Assembly: GCA_963713825.1 (NCBI GenBank)
Contig: CAVQNG010000001.1
Coordinates: 192,001 to 256,000 of the forward strand
Source of the DNA: an uncultured Acidobacteriota bacterium
GTDB lineage: Bacteria > Acidobacteriota > Thermoanaerobaculia > Multivoradales > JAHEKO01
DNA: 64,000 nucleotides
Reading direction: 5' to 3'
Below the pieces are notes generated by a model. That model was given only the letters and a program-made list of their open reading frames with translations, had not been told where the DNA came from and made no database searches. The translations under genes and the position numbers were made by a program. Below, piece by piece: positions 50,045-58,572 of the stretch; positions within the stretch are counted from its first letter, which is position 1; each line of letters starts with the position of its first letter.

Positions 50045-51010
50045 TCAGCTGGTTGTGGCTGCGAGGCCCTCGATGATTTCCAGCACGTTGGAGGCGCCTC
50101 CACGCGTCAAGTTGTCCATCACTGCCCACAGTTGGTAGGAACCGGGAGAAGCTGGAACGGCACGTAGATCGGAGATCAAGATCTCTTCTCGAGCTGCTGC
50201 GTCTGTTGGGCCCGGAGAATCATCCTCACCGGCTTCTTCGATTCGGGGATGGGAGGTCAGGCACGCCCGCACCCGATCGATGCCAGGGTCCTCCTCGAAG
50301 CTGATGAACAGATTGCACGCTAGGCTGTGAAAGACCCCGGCCTGGACGACTTGCAACGCAAGGGCCGGAACTTTGCCGAGAACGGCAACCAATTGATCGA
50401 GAGTATCGGAATCGACCGTCGAGACCGGTAGGAGGTTGAAGGCAATCTGCTTGCCGAAGACCGTCGTTGGCTTGTCCTCCTGCATGGCGAGAATCGAACG
50501 GGCTTGATTGAACAACTCGTCGAGCCCCGCTTGCTCCTTGCCCGAGGCCGGCATCAGTACTTGTGCAACGGCCAGGGTCGGTCCCAGGTCCTTCAGTGGC
50601 TCCAGGAGATGTGCCAGAAGGATCGTCATCGGTGACGGACTGATGATCACCTTGGCTGTTTGATCTTCGATGGATGCCGAGCCGATACCGGCCACCACCG
50701 GTATGCCGGCTGACCACTCACCGGACGGATCGACCACCATCAGGGTCGTGGCAGAAGAGAGACCCGGCGGGCTCTCGATCTGTCTTCGTTTGCCGCCGAG
50801 CACAATTGCGAAATCGATTCCGTCGAGAGTTTCCACGCTGCATTCCTGGATTAGGGCCGCATCGCCAGCGAAGTCGGTGACGGCGCCGATCTGATCCTCT
50901 TCTGTCGCCAGGAGACGCACCTCGGACCAGAGCTCTTTGCGACGGCTCAACTCCTGTTTGATCTCCTCGCCGAGCAGCGATTGCGGATTGATGAGTGCCA
51001 GGATGGTCAT
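50045..51010 (-). CDS. Aspartate-semialdehyde dehydrogenase-like protein lacking catalytic residues (Usg-like)
   Basis: FGKQIAFNLLP and W.VMDNL.RGGA.N retained; no GxxGxxG and no NC. Confidence 0.75.
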   Translation of the reverse strand: MTILALINPQSLLGEEIKQELSRRKELWSEVRLLATEEDQIGAVTDFAGDAALIQECSVETLDGIDFAIVLGGKRRQIESPPGLSSATTLMVVDPSGEWSAGIPVVAGIGSASIEDQTAKVIISPSPMTILLAHLLEPLKDLGPTLAVAQVLMPASGKEQAGLDELFNQARSILAMQEDKPTTVFGKQIAFNLLPVSTVDSDTLDQLVAVLGKVPALALQVVQAGVFHSLACNLFISFEEDPGIDRVRACLTSHPRIEEAGEDDSPGPTDAAAREEILISDLRAVPASPGSYQLWAVMDNLTRGGASNVLEIIEGLAATTS

Positions 51011-51103
51011 GATCGATTCTCTGAAGACTCGGGCTGCCGGCGTCGAGTGCCTGGATCAGCAAGACCCTCGGCGCCCGAATGCCTGGCAGGGACTGGGTCG
51101 AAC

Positions 51104-51739
51104 CTACGGTTTCTTGGACCTGGCCACCACGGTTTCCCCTTCACAGAGGCGGTCCCCTGGGTGAACCAGAATCTCGTAGTTGTCGGAGAGCATCAGATCC
51201 ACCCGAGATCCGAACTTGATCAAGCCCATCAGATCACCCCGCTCGACTAGGTCGCCGGGAACCAATCGACAGACAACGCGTCGCGCCACCAGGCCAGCAA
51301 TTTGTCGCACCCCGATGAGGTCTCCGTCGGAGCGGCGAAAGATCGTCAGATGGTTCTCATTGACGGTTCCCGCCTGCGGCTTGAAGGCGGCGATCTTGCG
51401 TCCGCTGGTGAATCGACTTTCAACGACTTCACCGCCGACAGGCGCGCGTTGCACGTGAACATCGAAGACGGACAGGAAAGTGACGACTCGCTGTACATCC
51501 TCACCACTGTCGGTCAGTGACGGACTTCGATCGATGCGAAGGATACGGCCGTTGGCCGGCGCCAGGATGCTGTCGTCGCCGGCGTTCGACTTCCTGCTGG
51601 GGATTCGGAAGAACAGCAGGACGAGAACGGCGATGCCGCCCAAGGCGACTGCCCAGGTCGTTTGTCGCAATAGCAATAGGACCAGGGCCGCGACTGCGAG
51701 TGGCAGAACAAACGGCTGTGATTCTTTGGCGAAGGTCAT
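51104..51739 (-). CDS. psd: Phosphatidylserine decarboxylase proenzyme (short type)
   Basis: FFR.P, APA.G, FLSVFDVH.QRAP, RQIAG.VARR, KFGSRVD cleavage motif. Confidence 0.92.
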   Translation of the reverse strand: MTFAKESQPFVLPLAVAALVLLLLRQTTWAVALGGIAVLVLLFFRIPSRKSNAGDDSILAPANGRILRIDRSPSLTDSGEDVQRVVTFLSVFDVHVQRAPVGGEVVESRFTSGRKIAAFKPQAGTVNENHLTIFRRSDGDLIGVRQIAGLVARRVVCRLVPGDLVERGDLMGLIKFGSRVDLMLSDNYEILVHPGDRLCEGETVVARSKKP

Positions 51740-51808
51740 TGGGATCCTGGGATTGGTCGGGTGGTGAAGAGGGCTCTGCCTACTACACTGGATCGCCTGA
51801 GTAGCCGG

Positions 51809-52045
51809 TCAGGCCGGCGCTTCCTGGTTTCGGTGTTGCCGCAGTATGGCTTCCATCTGGTCCTTGAGGAAGAGCTTCTGGCGCTTGATCTGCTTCTCCT
51901 CGCGCTCGTTTCTCTCGGAAAGGAGGGAGTTTTCGTGGAGCTGGATGAGTTGTCGCTCACAGTCCTGGTGCTTGTCGAATAGGGAGCGGAATTCCTCGTT
52001 GTTGGCGAGCAACTCCTCCCTCAAGATGTCATCTGTCTTGGCCAT
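51809..52045 (-). CDS. YdcH/DUF465 family coiled-coil protein
   Basis: F..L...H...E..L, K.QKL.LKDQM; AGGAGG RBS. Confidence 0.85.
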   Translation of the reverse strand: MAKTDDILREELLANNEEFRSLFDKHQDCERQLIQLHENSLLSERNEREEKQIKRQKLFLKDQMEAILRQHRNQEAPA

Positions 52046-52245
52046 CCTCTGTACCTCCTGGCAAGATTTGATCCATCCCCCGCAGCACGAGGGATTGATG
52101 GGTTGGTCGGTCTCCGATCACGGACTCTCGATTCGTCGTGCGGTCCTGCTCCGAGTCGGTCGGCAGAGAGCCATCAGAGGCGGGATAGATCCAGCGACAG
52201 GCACACGACAACGTGAGGTCAGAATAGCACTGGCGTCAGGGTCGA

Positions 52246-52761
52246 TCAAGACGGGTCGGTCGGTGGGAGCCCCTCGAGATCGGTAGCTAGGACCAGTGCA
52301 GCACAGCCATCGGCGTAGTAGCTGGGGCGACGATAGAGGATCCGAAATGAGAACCTCCGATAGAGAGCTAGGGCGGGCGAGTTGTCAGCTCGAACCTCCA
52401 AGAAACAGGTGGCAGTGGCATTCTCCCTCAGGCGGCGAAGGGTCGTGGCAAGGAGCTGCGAGCCTATGCCCCGGCCGCGAAAATGGGGCTCGACAGTCAG
52501 TCGGAGAATCTCGGCCTCGTCCGCAACCCGTCGGATTGCGATGTAGCCGATCGGTTTACGGGTCTGGGCATGAATCGCTACCAGCAAGACGGAGCCGGGA
52601 TTCTCAAGCTGTTGAGCGAGGGCACCGGAGCTCCAGGGGCTGGTCATGCCCTGTTGCTCCAGGCTCAAGAGATGGGGCAGGTCGGCGGGCGAGCCGGTCT
52701 CGATTGTCACTTGAGGATTCGGCAGGTCCCTGGAGCCGTTCCGGGCTCCCTTGTCCCTCAT
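52246..52761 (-). CDS. rimI: RimI-like GNAT N-acetyltransferase
   Basis: PWS, EAEIL.L.V.P..RG.GIG, LEVR.DN.PA..LY, YY.DG; TAATG coupling to tsaB. Confidence 0.88.
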   Translation of the reverse strand: MRDKGARNGSRDLPNPQVTIETGSPADLPHLLSLEQQGMTSPWSSGALAQQLENPGSVLLVAIHAQTRKPIGYIAIRRVADEAEILRLTVEPHFRGRGIGSQLLATTLRRLRENATATCFLEVRADNSPALALYRRFSFRILYRRPSYYADGCAALVLATDLEGLPPTDPS

Positions 52762-53447
52762 TAAGGTCGTATGGCCGCGGGCTTGGCTGCCGGGGCCTGT
52801 AGGTAGAGTGGCTGAACGAGTCCGGCAGGGCTCCATTCAGCACTGTGCCTTCTTGCGTGGAGGCTCAAGGCATGCGCCGCGAGTGGGGGAGGTGTCAGGA
52901 CCTGGTCTCGGAACTCCGGCCGCTCCGGAGCCGTGATTTCTCGTAGGCCAAAGCCGATGAAAAGGTCCGCCCCTGCTGCTACCAGTTCTTCGGTGGAGAC
53001 CGATCGCGGTTCGGTGAGCGGTTCAGGGACCACACCCGACCGAAAGGTCTGGACGAGCCAGCTCTCGCGGATCGACTCGACCGCAGAAATTACGACCTGA
53101 TTCCTCTCTTGAGAGAGGGAAGCGAGAGTCTCGAAGGTGGTCAAAGTCGTGGCTGGAACGCCCAAAGCTTGATGAAGACCGAGGCAAGTCGCGAGCCCAA
53201 CCCGCAGTCCGGTGAAGCTGCCTGGGCCTCTCAGGGCCAGGATCCCTTCCAAGTCGGAGACCCTGGAGGCGGCTTCGGCTAGCAAAGCGTCGATCATCTG
53301 AATCAGATCTTGTGAGGACTTTCGCCCCGGGCTCTGGCTCTCGGCGAGGATCTTTCCATCTCTGGCTAAGGCAGCGCTGACGATGGGTGATCCAGAGTCC
53401 ACCGCCAGTATGAGTCGGGTGTCGACCTCGGTCCTGTTCAGCATCAC
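52761..53447 (-). CDS. tsaB: t6A biosynthesis protein TsaB
   Basis: LILAVDS, GPGSFTGLRVG, P.YL. Confidence 0.9.
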   Translation of the reverse strand: MMLNRTEVDTRLILAVDSGSPIVSAALARDGKILAESQSPGRKSSQDLIQMIDALLAEAASRVSDLEGILALRGPGSFTGLRVGLATCLGLHQALGVPATTLTTFETLASLSQERNQVVISAVESIRESWLVQTFRSGVVPEPLTEPRSVSTEELVAAGADLFIGFGLREITAPERPEFRDQVLTPPPLAAHALSLHARRHSAEWSPAGLVQPLYLQAPAAKPAAIRP

Positions 53448-53468
53448 GACTCGCTATACTGACCCATC

Positions 53469-56081
53469 ATGTCGAGCTCCGTCCAGCTCACGCCCATGCT
53501 TCGCCAATACCTCGAAGTCAAGGCAGAGCACGAAGACGCCATCGTGCTTTATCGCATGGGCGACTTCTACGAGATGTTCTTCGAGGATGCCGAGAAGGCG
53601 GCGCCTATTCTGGAAGTCACGCTTACGGCTCGAAATCGGGGTAAGAAGAACGAGGCCCCGATGTGCGGCGTGCCCCATCATGCAGTTCAGCTGTATCTAG
53701 GGAAGTTGCTGCGAGCCGGTTTGAAAGTGGCTATCTGTGATCAGGTGGAGGACCCAGCCCAGGCCAAGGGACTCGTCAAGCGCCAGGTAACACGGGTGAT
53801 CACTCCCGGGACGGTCAGCGATCCAGAGTTGCTCGACGGCGAGGAGGCTAACTACCTGGCGAGCGTGGCGTGGAACGAAGATCGCGGCGGCGGAGCGTTT
53901 CTGGATATCTCGACAGGCAGCTTTCTGGTGCGTCGGTGGACGAGACTGGAGGACTCCCTTGATGATCTGGCCCTACTTCGGCCGCAGGAGATCCTGCATC
54001 GAAACTCGGGTCTACCGCAGGGGCTGATTGATTGGATGGATGCGGAGGGCATCTGTCGGACGCCTGAGTCGGAGGAGGACTGGCCGCGTCCCGCACAGGC
54101 TGCGGAGTTGGTTTGCAGACAGGTAGGGACGTCCACCCTGCAGGGATATGGGTTGGACGATGACGAGCCTGCCGTCCAGGCTGCTGCAGCTGCTCTGCGC
54201 TACGCGAGAGAGACCCAGCAGAACGATCTTTCGCATGTGAGCGAGCTGCGGGTCAGCGAGGTGGCTGACAACCTGGTTCTGGATGCGACGACGGTGAGCA
54301 ATCTGGAGATCTTTCGCAACCTGAGGGACGGCCGCCGTCACGGCTCTCTGCTCGGTGTCCTAGATCGGACCGTGACTCCGGCGGGTGGACGCTTGCTGCG
54401 TGAGTGGCTGAAACGCCCTCTGAGAGATCCGGCGAGCATCGACGAAAGGTTGGAGGCGGTCGCCGAGCTGCTGCATGAATTCGAGCTTCGTTCCGAGGTG
54501 AGAGATCTTCTGGCCCAGGTCGGGGATATCGAACGCCTTGCATCGAGAGCAGTACTCGAAACCCTGACACCACGCGAGGCTGCGACCCTGCGATCGGGCC
54601 TCGAGCGCTTGCCTGCGATCGTCGAGCTTCTTTCGGCTGTGCAATCTCCTGCCCTGCAAGAGGTCCATGGGACCGATGTCGTCGCAGACCTGGCTGCTGA
54701 GCTGGGTCGCTTGATCGAGGAGAATCCCCCCGCCTCCCTGAAGGAAGGAGGGGTGATCAAGACTGGTGTGGATGAGGACTTGGACCGTCATCGATCGCTG
54801 GCTCAGGACAGTCGACAGCACATCCTGGCCTTGCAAGAGGCTGAGCGATCGAGGACAGGGATCGCCTCGCTGAAGATCCGCTACAACAAGGTCTTCGGCT
54901 ACTACCTCGAGGTGACGAAGGCCAATCAACACCTGGTTCCCGAGGACTACATCCGGAAGCAGACCCTGGTCAATGCCGAGCGTTACGTGACTGCAGAGCT
55001 GAAGGACCTCGAGGAGAAGATCCTGGCCGCCGAAGAGGAGCAGCTCCGCTTAGAGGACGAGCACTTCAGACAGGCGCGGAGCATGGTAGCCGCGCAGTCA
55101 GTCCGCCTTCTGACCGCAGCGGAGGCGGTAGCCAGGCTCGATGTGCTGGCGACATTCGCGGAATGTGCGGCCAGGAACCGATACACGCGGCCCGGGGTGA
55201 GCGAATCCGGTGGTGCCATTCGGATCATCGAAGGAAGGCATCCAGTGGTCGAAAAGCTCGGGGACGAGGTGTTCGTCCCGAACGATACCGAGCTCGATAG
55301 TGAGACGGAGCAGGTCGTGATTCTCACCGGGCCCAACATGGGCGGCAAATCCACTTACCTACGTCAGACCGCTCTGATTGTGCTGATGGCGCAGGCCGGC
55401 AGCTTCGTGCCCGCCGAGTCGGCCTCGATCAGTACCGTCGACCGGATCTTCACCCGGGTGGGAGCTTCGGACGATCTGACCCGCGGCGAATCCACCTTCA
55501 TGGTGGAGATGATCGAGACTGCGAGGATTCTTCATCAGGCCACGGCCAGCAGTTTGGTGATCCTCGATGAGGTCGGGAGGGGAACCGCAACCTTCGATGG
55601 GCTCTCCCTGGCGTGGGCGATAGTCGAGCATCTACACGAGCACAGCCGACCGAAAACGATATTCGCAACGCACTACCACGAGCTTACGGAGCTCGCCACG
55701 ATCCTCTCCAGGGTTGTCAATCGCACCATGGCCGTGAGGGAGTGGCAGGACAAGATCGTCTTCCTTCGACGGGTCAAGCCCGGCAGCTCGGACAAGTCGT
55801 ATGGCCTTCACGTGGCCAGGCTGGCGGGAATCCCCAGCTCCGTTATCGAGCGCGCTTCTCAGGTTCTTCAGAATCTGGAGGCTCACGAGTACGACCTGAG
55901 CGGCAAGCCACGTCTGGCCAAGGGAGTCGAAGCCGGGGAGGGGCAAGCGGACCAGATGATGCTGTTCGCGCCCGCCGAAGAGGTCGTCGCCTCGGTCCTG
56001 AGGGAGGTCGACCTCGAGCGGCTCTCGCCTCTTGCAGCGCTCAATCTACTGCACTCTTTGAAAGACAGAGTGGATGAATGA
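53469..56081 (+). CDS. mutS: DNA mismatch repair protein MutS
   Basis: TPM..QY, RMGDFYE.FF.DA, TGPNMGGKSTY, STFMVEM, DEVGRGT, ATHYHEL; C-terminal clamp motif QMMLF. Confidence 0.98.
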   Translation: MSSSVQLTPMLRQYLEVKAEHEDAIVLYRMGDFYEMFFEDAEKAAPILEVTLTARNRGKKNEAPMCGVPHHAVQLYLGKLLRAGLKVAICDQVEDPAQAKGLVKRQVTRVITPGTVSDPELLDGEEANYLASVAWNEDRGGGAFLDISTGSFLVRRWTRLEDSLDDLALLRPQEILHRNSGLPQGLIDWMDAEGICRTPESEEDWPRPAQAAELVCRQVGTSTLQGYGLDDDEPAVQAAAAALRYARETQQNDLSHVSELRVSEVADNLVLDATTVSNLEIFRNLRDGRRHGSLLGVLDRTVTPAGGRLLREWLKRPLRDPASIDERLEAVAELLHEFELRSEVRDLLAQVGDIERLASRAVLETLTPREAATLRSGLERLPAIVELLSAVQSPALQEVHGTDVVADLAAELGRLIEENPPASLKEGGVIKTGVDEDLDRHRSLAQDSRQHILALQEAERSRTGIASLKIRYNKVFGYYLEVTKANQHLVPEDYIRKQTLVNAERYVTAELKDLEEKILAAEEEQLRLEDEHFRQARSMVAAQSVRLLTAAEAVARLDVLATFAECAARNRYTRPGVSESGGAIRIIEGRHPVVEKLGDEVFVPNDTELDSETEQVVILTGPNMGGKSTYLRQTALIVLMAQAGSFVPAESASISTVDRIFTRVGASDDLTRGESTFMVEMIETARILHQATASSLVILDEVGRGTATFDGLSLAWAIVEHLHEHSRPKTIFATHYHELTELATILSRVVNRTMAVREWQDKIVFLRRVKPGSSDKSYGLHVARLAGIPSSVIERASQVLQNLEAHEYDLSGKPRLAKGVEAGEGQADQMMLFAPAEEVVASVLREVDLERLSPLAALNLLHSLKDRVDE

Positions 56082-56085
56082 GTCT

Positions 56086-56508
56086 TCAGAACGGGATGTC
56101 GTCGTCTTCCGGCTGGGCCTGGAAGTCAGCTGGTGGACCCGAGCTCGAAGAGGCACCTTGAGAGCCTCCATCGGACCCACCACGGGCTCCCAGCATCTGG
56201 AAGTTCTGACAGATGACCTCGGTACGGTACTTCTTCTCGCCGCTCTGCTTGTCGTCCCATGAGCGGGTCTGAAGGCGCCCTTCGACATAGATCTGCTTTC
56301 CCTTTGTGAGGTACTGGCCAGCGATTTCGGCCTGCCGACCCCAACAAACGACGTTGTGCCACTCGGTCTCTTCCTGCCGATTGCCACTTTGGTCCTTCCA
56401 TTTGCGATTGGTGGCGAGGCTGAAGGTGGCCACGGGCTGGCCCGAAGGCGTGGACCGAACCTCCGGATCGCGGCCAAGGTTTCCTACCAGGATGACTTTG
56501 TTGACCAT
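56086..56508 (-). CDS. ssb: Single-stranded DNA-binding protein
   Basis: NKVILVGNLG.DPE, TEWH, YVEGRLQTRSW, C-terminal DDIPF. Confidence 0.98.
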   Translation of the reverse strand: MVNKVILVGNLGRDPEVRSTPSGQPVATFSLATNRKWKDQSGNRQEETEWHNVVCWGRQAEIAGQYLTKGKQIYVEGRLQTRSWDDKQSGEKKYRTEVICQNFQMLGARGGSDGGSQGASSSSGPPADFQAQPEDDDIPF

Positions 56509-56539
56509 TCGCTTGTCTCTCCTTGTCTCGGTTGAGGTC

Positions 56540-56552
56540 CGCTATCATAGCG
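56540..56552. promoter_or_regulatory. Palindromic bidirectional -10 element CGCTATCATAGCG between ssb and dtd
   Basis: TATCAT on + (56543-56548) and TATGAT on - (56549-56544). Confidence 0.55.
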
Positions 56553-56636
56553 CTTTCGTCACTGCGATTTCCGATCGAAGTGAGATTCACTCCGACAGTA
56601 CTCGAAGCTACGACCCATTCCCATGAGACGTGATCG

Positions 56637-57092
56637 ATGCGCCTGATCTTGCAACGTGTGAGCTCGGCCTCTGTAGCGGTCGAAGGCGAGACCGTCTCCC
56701 GCATCGGGGCTGGGATGGTAATTCTGGTGGGAATTGAGAGGGGGGACGGCCCGTCTCAGGTCGCCAAAGCCGCCGCAAAGGTGCGTCACTTGAGAATCTT
56801 CGAGGATGCCGACGGGCGGATGAATCGAGACATAAAGGAGAGCGGGGGTTCGCTTCTGGTCGTCTCTCAGTTCACCCTCGCAGGGAGCCTGGCCAAGGGT
56901 AGACGTCCCTCTTTTGGCTCAGCGGCGGCGCCGGAGGAGGCCGAGCCTCTGATTCAGGAGCTCGTCGACCATCTCCGCCTGCTCGGTGTTGCCGTGCAGA
57001 CGGGCCGATTTCGCGCCGAGATGGAAGTCGCCCTGGTCAATACGGGGCCAGTGACCTTTCTCCTGGAGTTCGAGCCAGCGAAGGCCGGTTGA
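56637..57092 (+). CDS. dtd: D-aminoacyl-tRNA deacylase
   Basis: QRV..ASV, LRIF.D..G.MN, SQFTL, GRRPSF, N.GPVT. Confidence 0.96.
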   Translation: MRLILQRVSSASVAVEGETVSRIGAGMVILVGIERGDGPSQVAKAAAKVRHLRIFEDADGRMNRDIKESGGSLLVVSQFTLAGSLAKGRRPSFGSAAAPEEAEPLIQELVDHLRLLGVAVQTGRFRAEMEVALVNTGPVTFLLEFEPAKAG

Positions 57093-57126
57093 TCGGATGT
57101 GAAAGCTCCCGTGGCGGGTGGGGAGC

Positions 57127-58224
57127 TCAGGGAAGTATCGGTAGGAGCTCGAGTGGCACCGGCATGAAGGTCAGCAAGAAGATGACCAGGCTGATTGTAG
57201 CCAGGGTTCGCCGCCGGCGATCGAGGCCGAGCCTACCGTCGAGGACAGGTGGGTGACGAGGACGCATGATGAGAAGGACGATGCTCCAGAGCCACCAACC
57301 AGGCCAGAGAAAGCCCATCAGGGCCAGCAGACCCAGTAGCCACCACGAAAGCGAGCGAAGTCGTCGCCCGAAGGCCGCGTAGAAGATGTGACCTCCGTCC
57401 AGTTGACCGACGGGAATCAAGTTCAGGGAGGTGACGAAGGTCCCGACCCAAGCTGCGAGCGCGAAGGGGTGAAGGTTGAGGACCGAGTTGGCGGGCAAGG
57501 GGCCGTGGAAGAGATAGGTCGTCGCCGCCATCAGAATTGAAGTTCCCGGCTTCAACAGCAGCAAGCTACCGGGAAGATCCCAATCGACCTCTACAATCGA
57601 CACCGGTTGAGAGTTCGCTATGCCATAGAGCAAGAAGGGTAGTAGGACCAGAAAGCCTGCGATCGGTCCTGCAGCGCCGACATCGAAGAGCTCCCTCCGG
57701 GTTCGGATCGGTGCTCGAATGCGAATAAAGGCGCCGAAAGTTCCGATCAGCAAGGGAGCGGGAATGAAGTAGGGGTAGGTGCTCGAAAGGTGGTGTCTCC
57801 GGCACGCGATGTAGTGACCCAATTCGTGGGAGAGGAGAATCGCCAGAGTCGGTAGCGAGAACGCCAATCCGAGTCGCAACAACGGGCCGTCGGACCAGAC
57901 GGTGCGAAAGATGTAGCCGGTAAGGGCGAGAAACTGTTGTAATTGCCCCAGGAAGATCCACTCGACGGCAGGCACCAGGTCAGTGACGACATCCGTTCTC
58001 GTGGAGAGGCAGAAGCCTGCCCCAAAGGTGGTTGTCGTAGCCAGGGTTGCCAGGAAGAGCCCCCCTGCAAGAAGAAGCTGTGAAGGGCTATCGATCTGGC
58101 CGGTGCTGGTGGCCTTGGCCTGATCGTCTCCATTCGCCGAGCCGGACCCTTGGCTCCGATTTGCCTCGGGAGGGCCGTCTGACGATGGATCGGGCGGTGG
58201 GTAGGAAGAGCGCCCCGGCCTCAC
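57127..58224 (-). CDS. Site-2 protease family (M50) membrane metalloprotease
   Basis: HELGH, GTFGAFIR, AGPIAG, LNLIP.GQLDGGH. Confidence 0.92.
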   Translation of the reverse strand: MRPGRSSYPPPDPSSDGPPEANRSQGSGSANGDDQAKATSTGQIDSPSQLLLAGGLFLATLATTTTFGAGFCLSTRTDVVTDLVPAVEWIFLGQLQQFLALTGYIFRTVWSDGPLLRLGLAFSLPTLAILLSHELGHYIACRRHHLSSTYPYFIPAPLLIGTFGAFIRIRAPIRTRRELFDVGAAGPIAGFLVLLPFLLYGIANSQPVSIVEVDWDLPGSLLLLKPGTSILMAATTYLFHGPLPANSVLNLHPFALAAWVGTFVTSLNLIPVGQLDGGHIFYAAFGRRLRSLSWWLLGLLALMGFLWPGWWLWSIVLLIMRPRHPPVLDGRLGLDRRRRTLATISLVIFLLTFMPVPLELLPILP

Positions 58225-58226
58225 GT

Positions 58227-58493
58227 TCAGAGGTTCTTCAACTCTTTGCCAGGTTTGAAACGAACGGTCTTGCCAGGTGAGATGGCGACTTCAACTCCGG
58301 TCTTGGGGTTGCGTCCGACGCCCCGCTTCCGGTCTCGCACCTGAAACACTCCGAAGCCGCGAAACTCGATTCGTTTTCCCTCGCTGAGGGCGTGTTTCAT
58401 GGCCTCGAAGATCGTCTCGACTGCGAGAGCAGCTTTGACTCTCGGGACATCCGAGTTTTCGGCGACGCGGTTTACGAGATCGGCTTTGATCAT
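58227..58493 (-). CDS. HU/IHF-family histone-like DNA-binding protein
   Basis: MIKADL, RGFGVF, RNPKTG, FKPGK.L. Confidence 0.95.
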   Translation of the reverse strand: MIKADLVNRVAENSDVPRVKAALAVETIFEAMKHALSEGKRIEFRGFGVFQVRDRKRGVGRNPKTGVEVAISPGKTVRFKPGKELKNL

Positions 58494-58514
58494 GTCGGTC
58501 GTTTGGGGCGTCAG

Positions 58515-58543
58515 AGTGTAGCAATGGCCAAAAAAGGTGTCAA
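58515..58543 (-). promoter_or_regulatory. Strong sigma70 promoter for HU (TTGACA-N17-TACACT, with TG extension)
   Basis: Reverse complement of agtgta(58515-20)...tgtcaa(58538-43), 17-nt spacer. Confidence 0.8.
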
Positions 58544-58572
58544 CGACACTGGGCACAGGGTTCTCGAATCGC

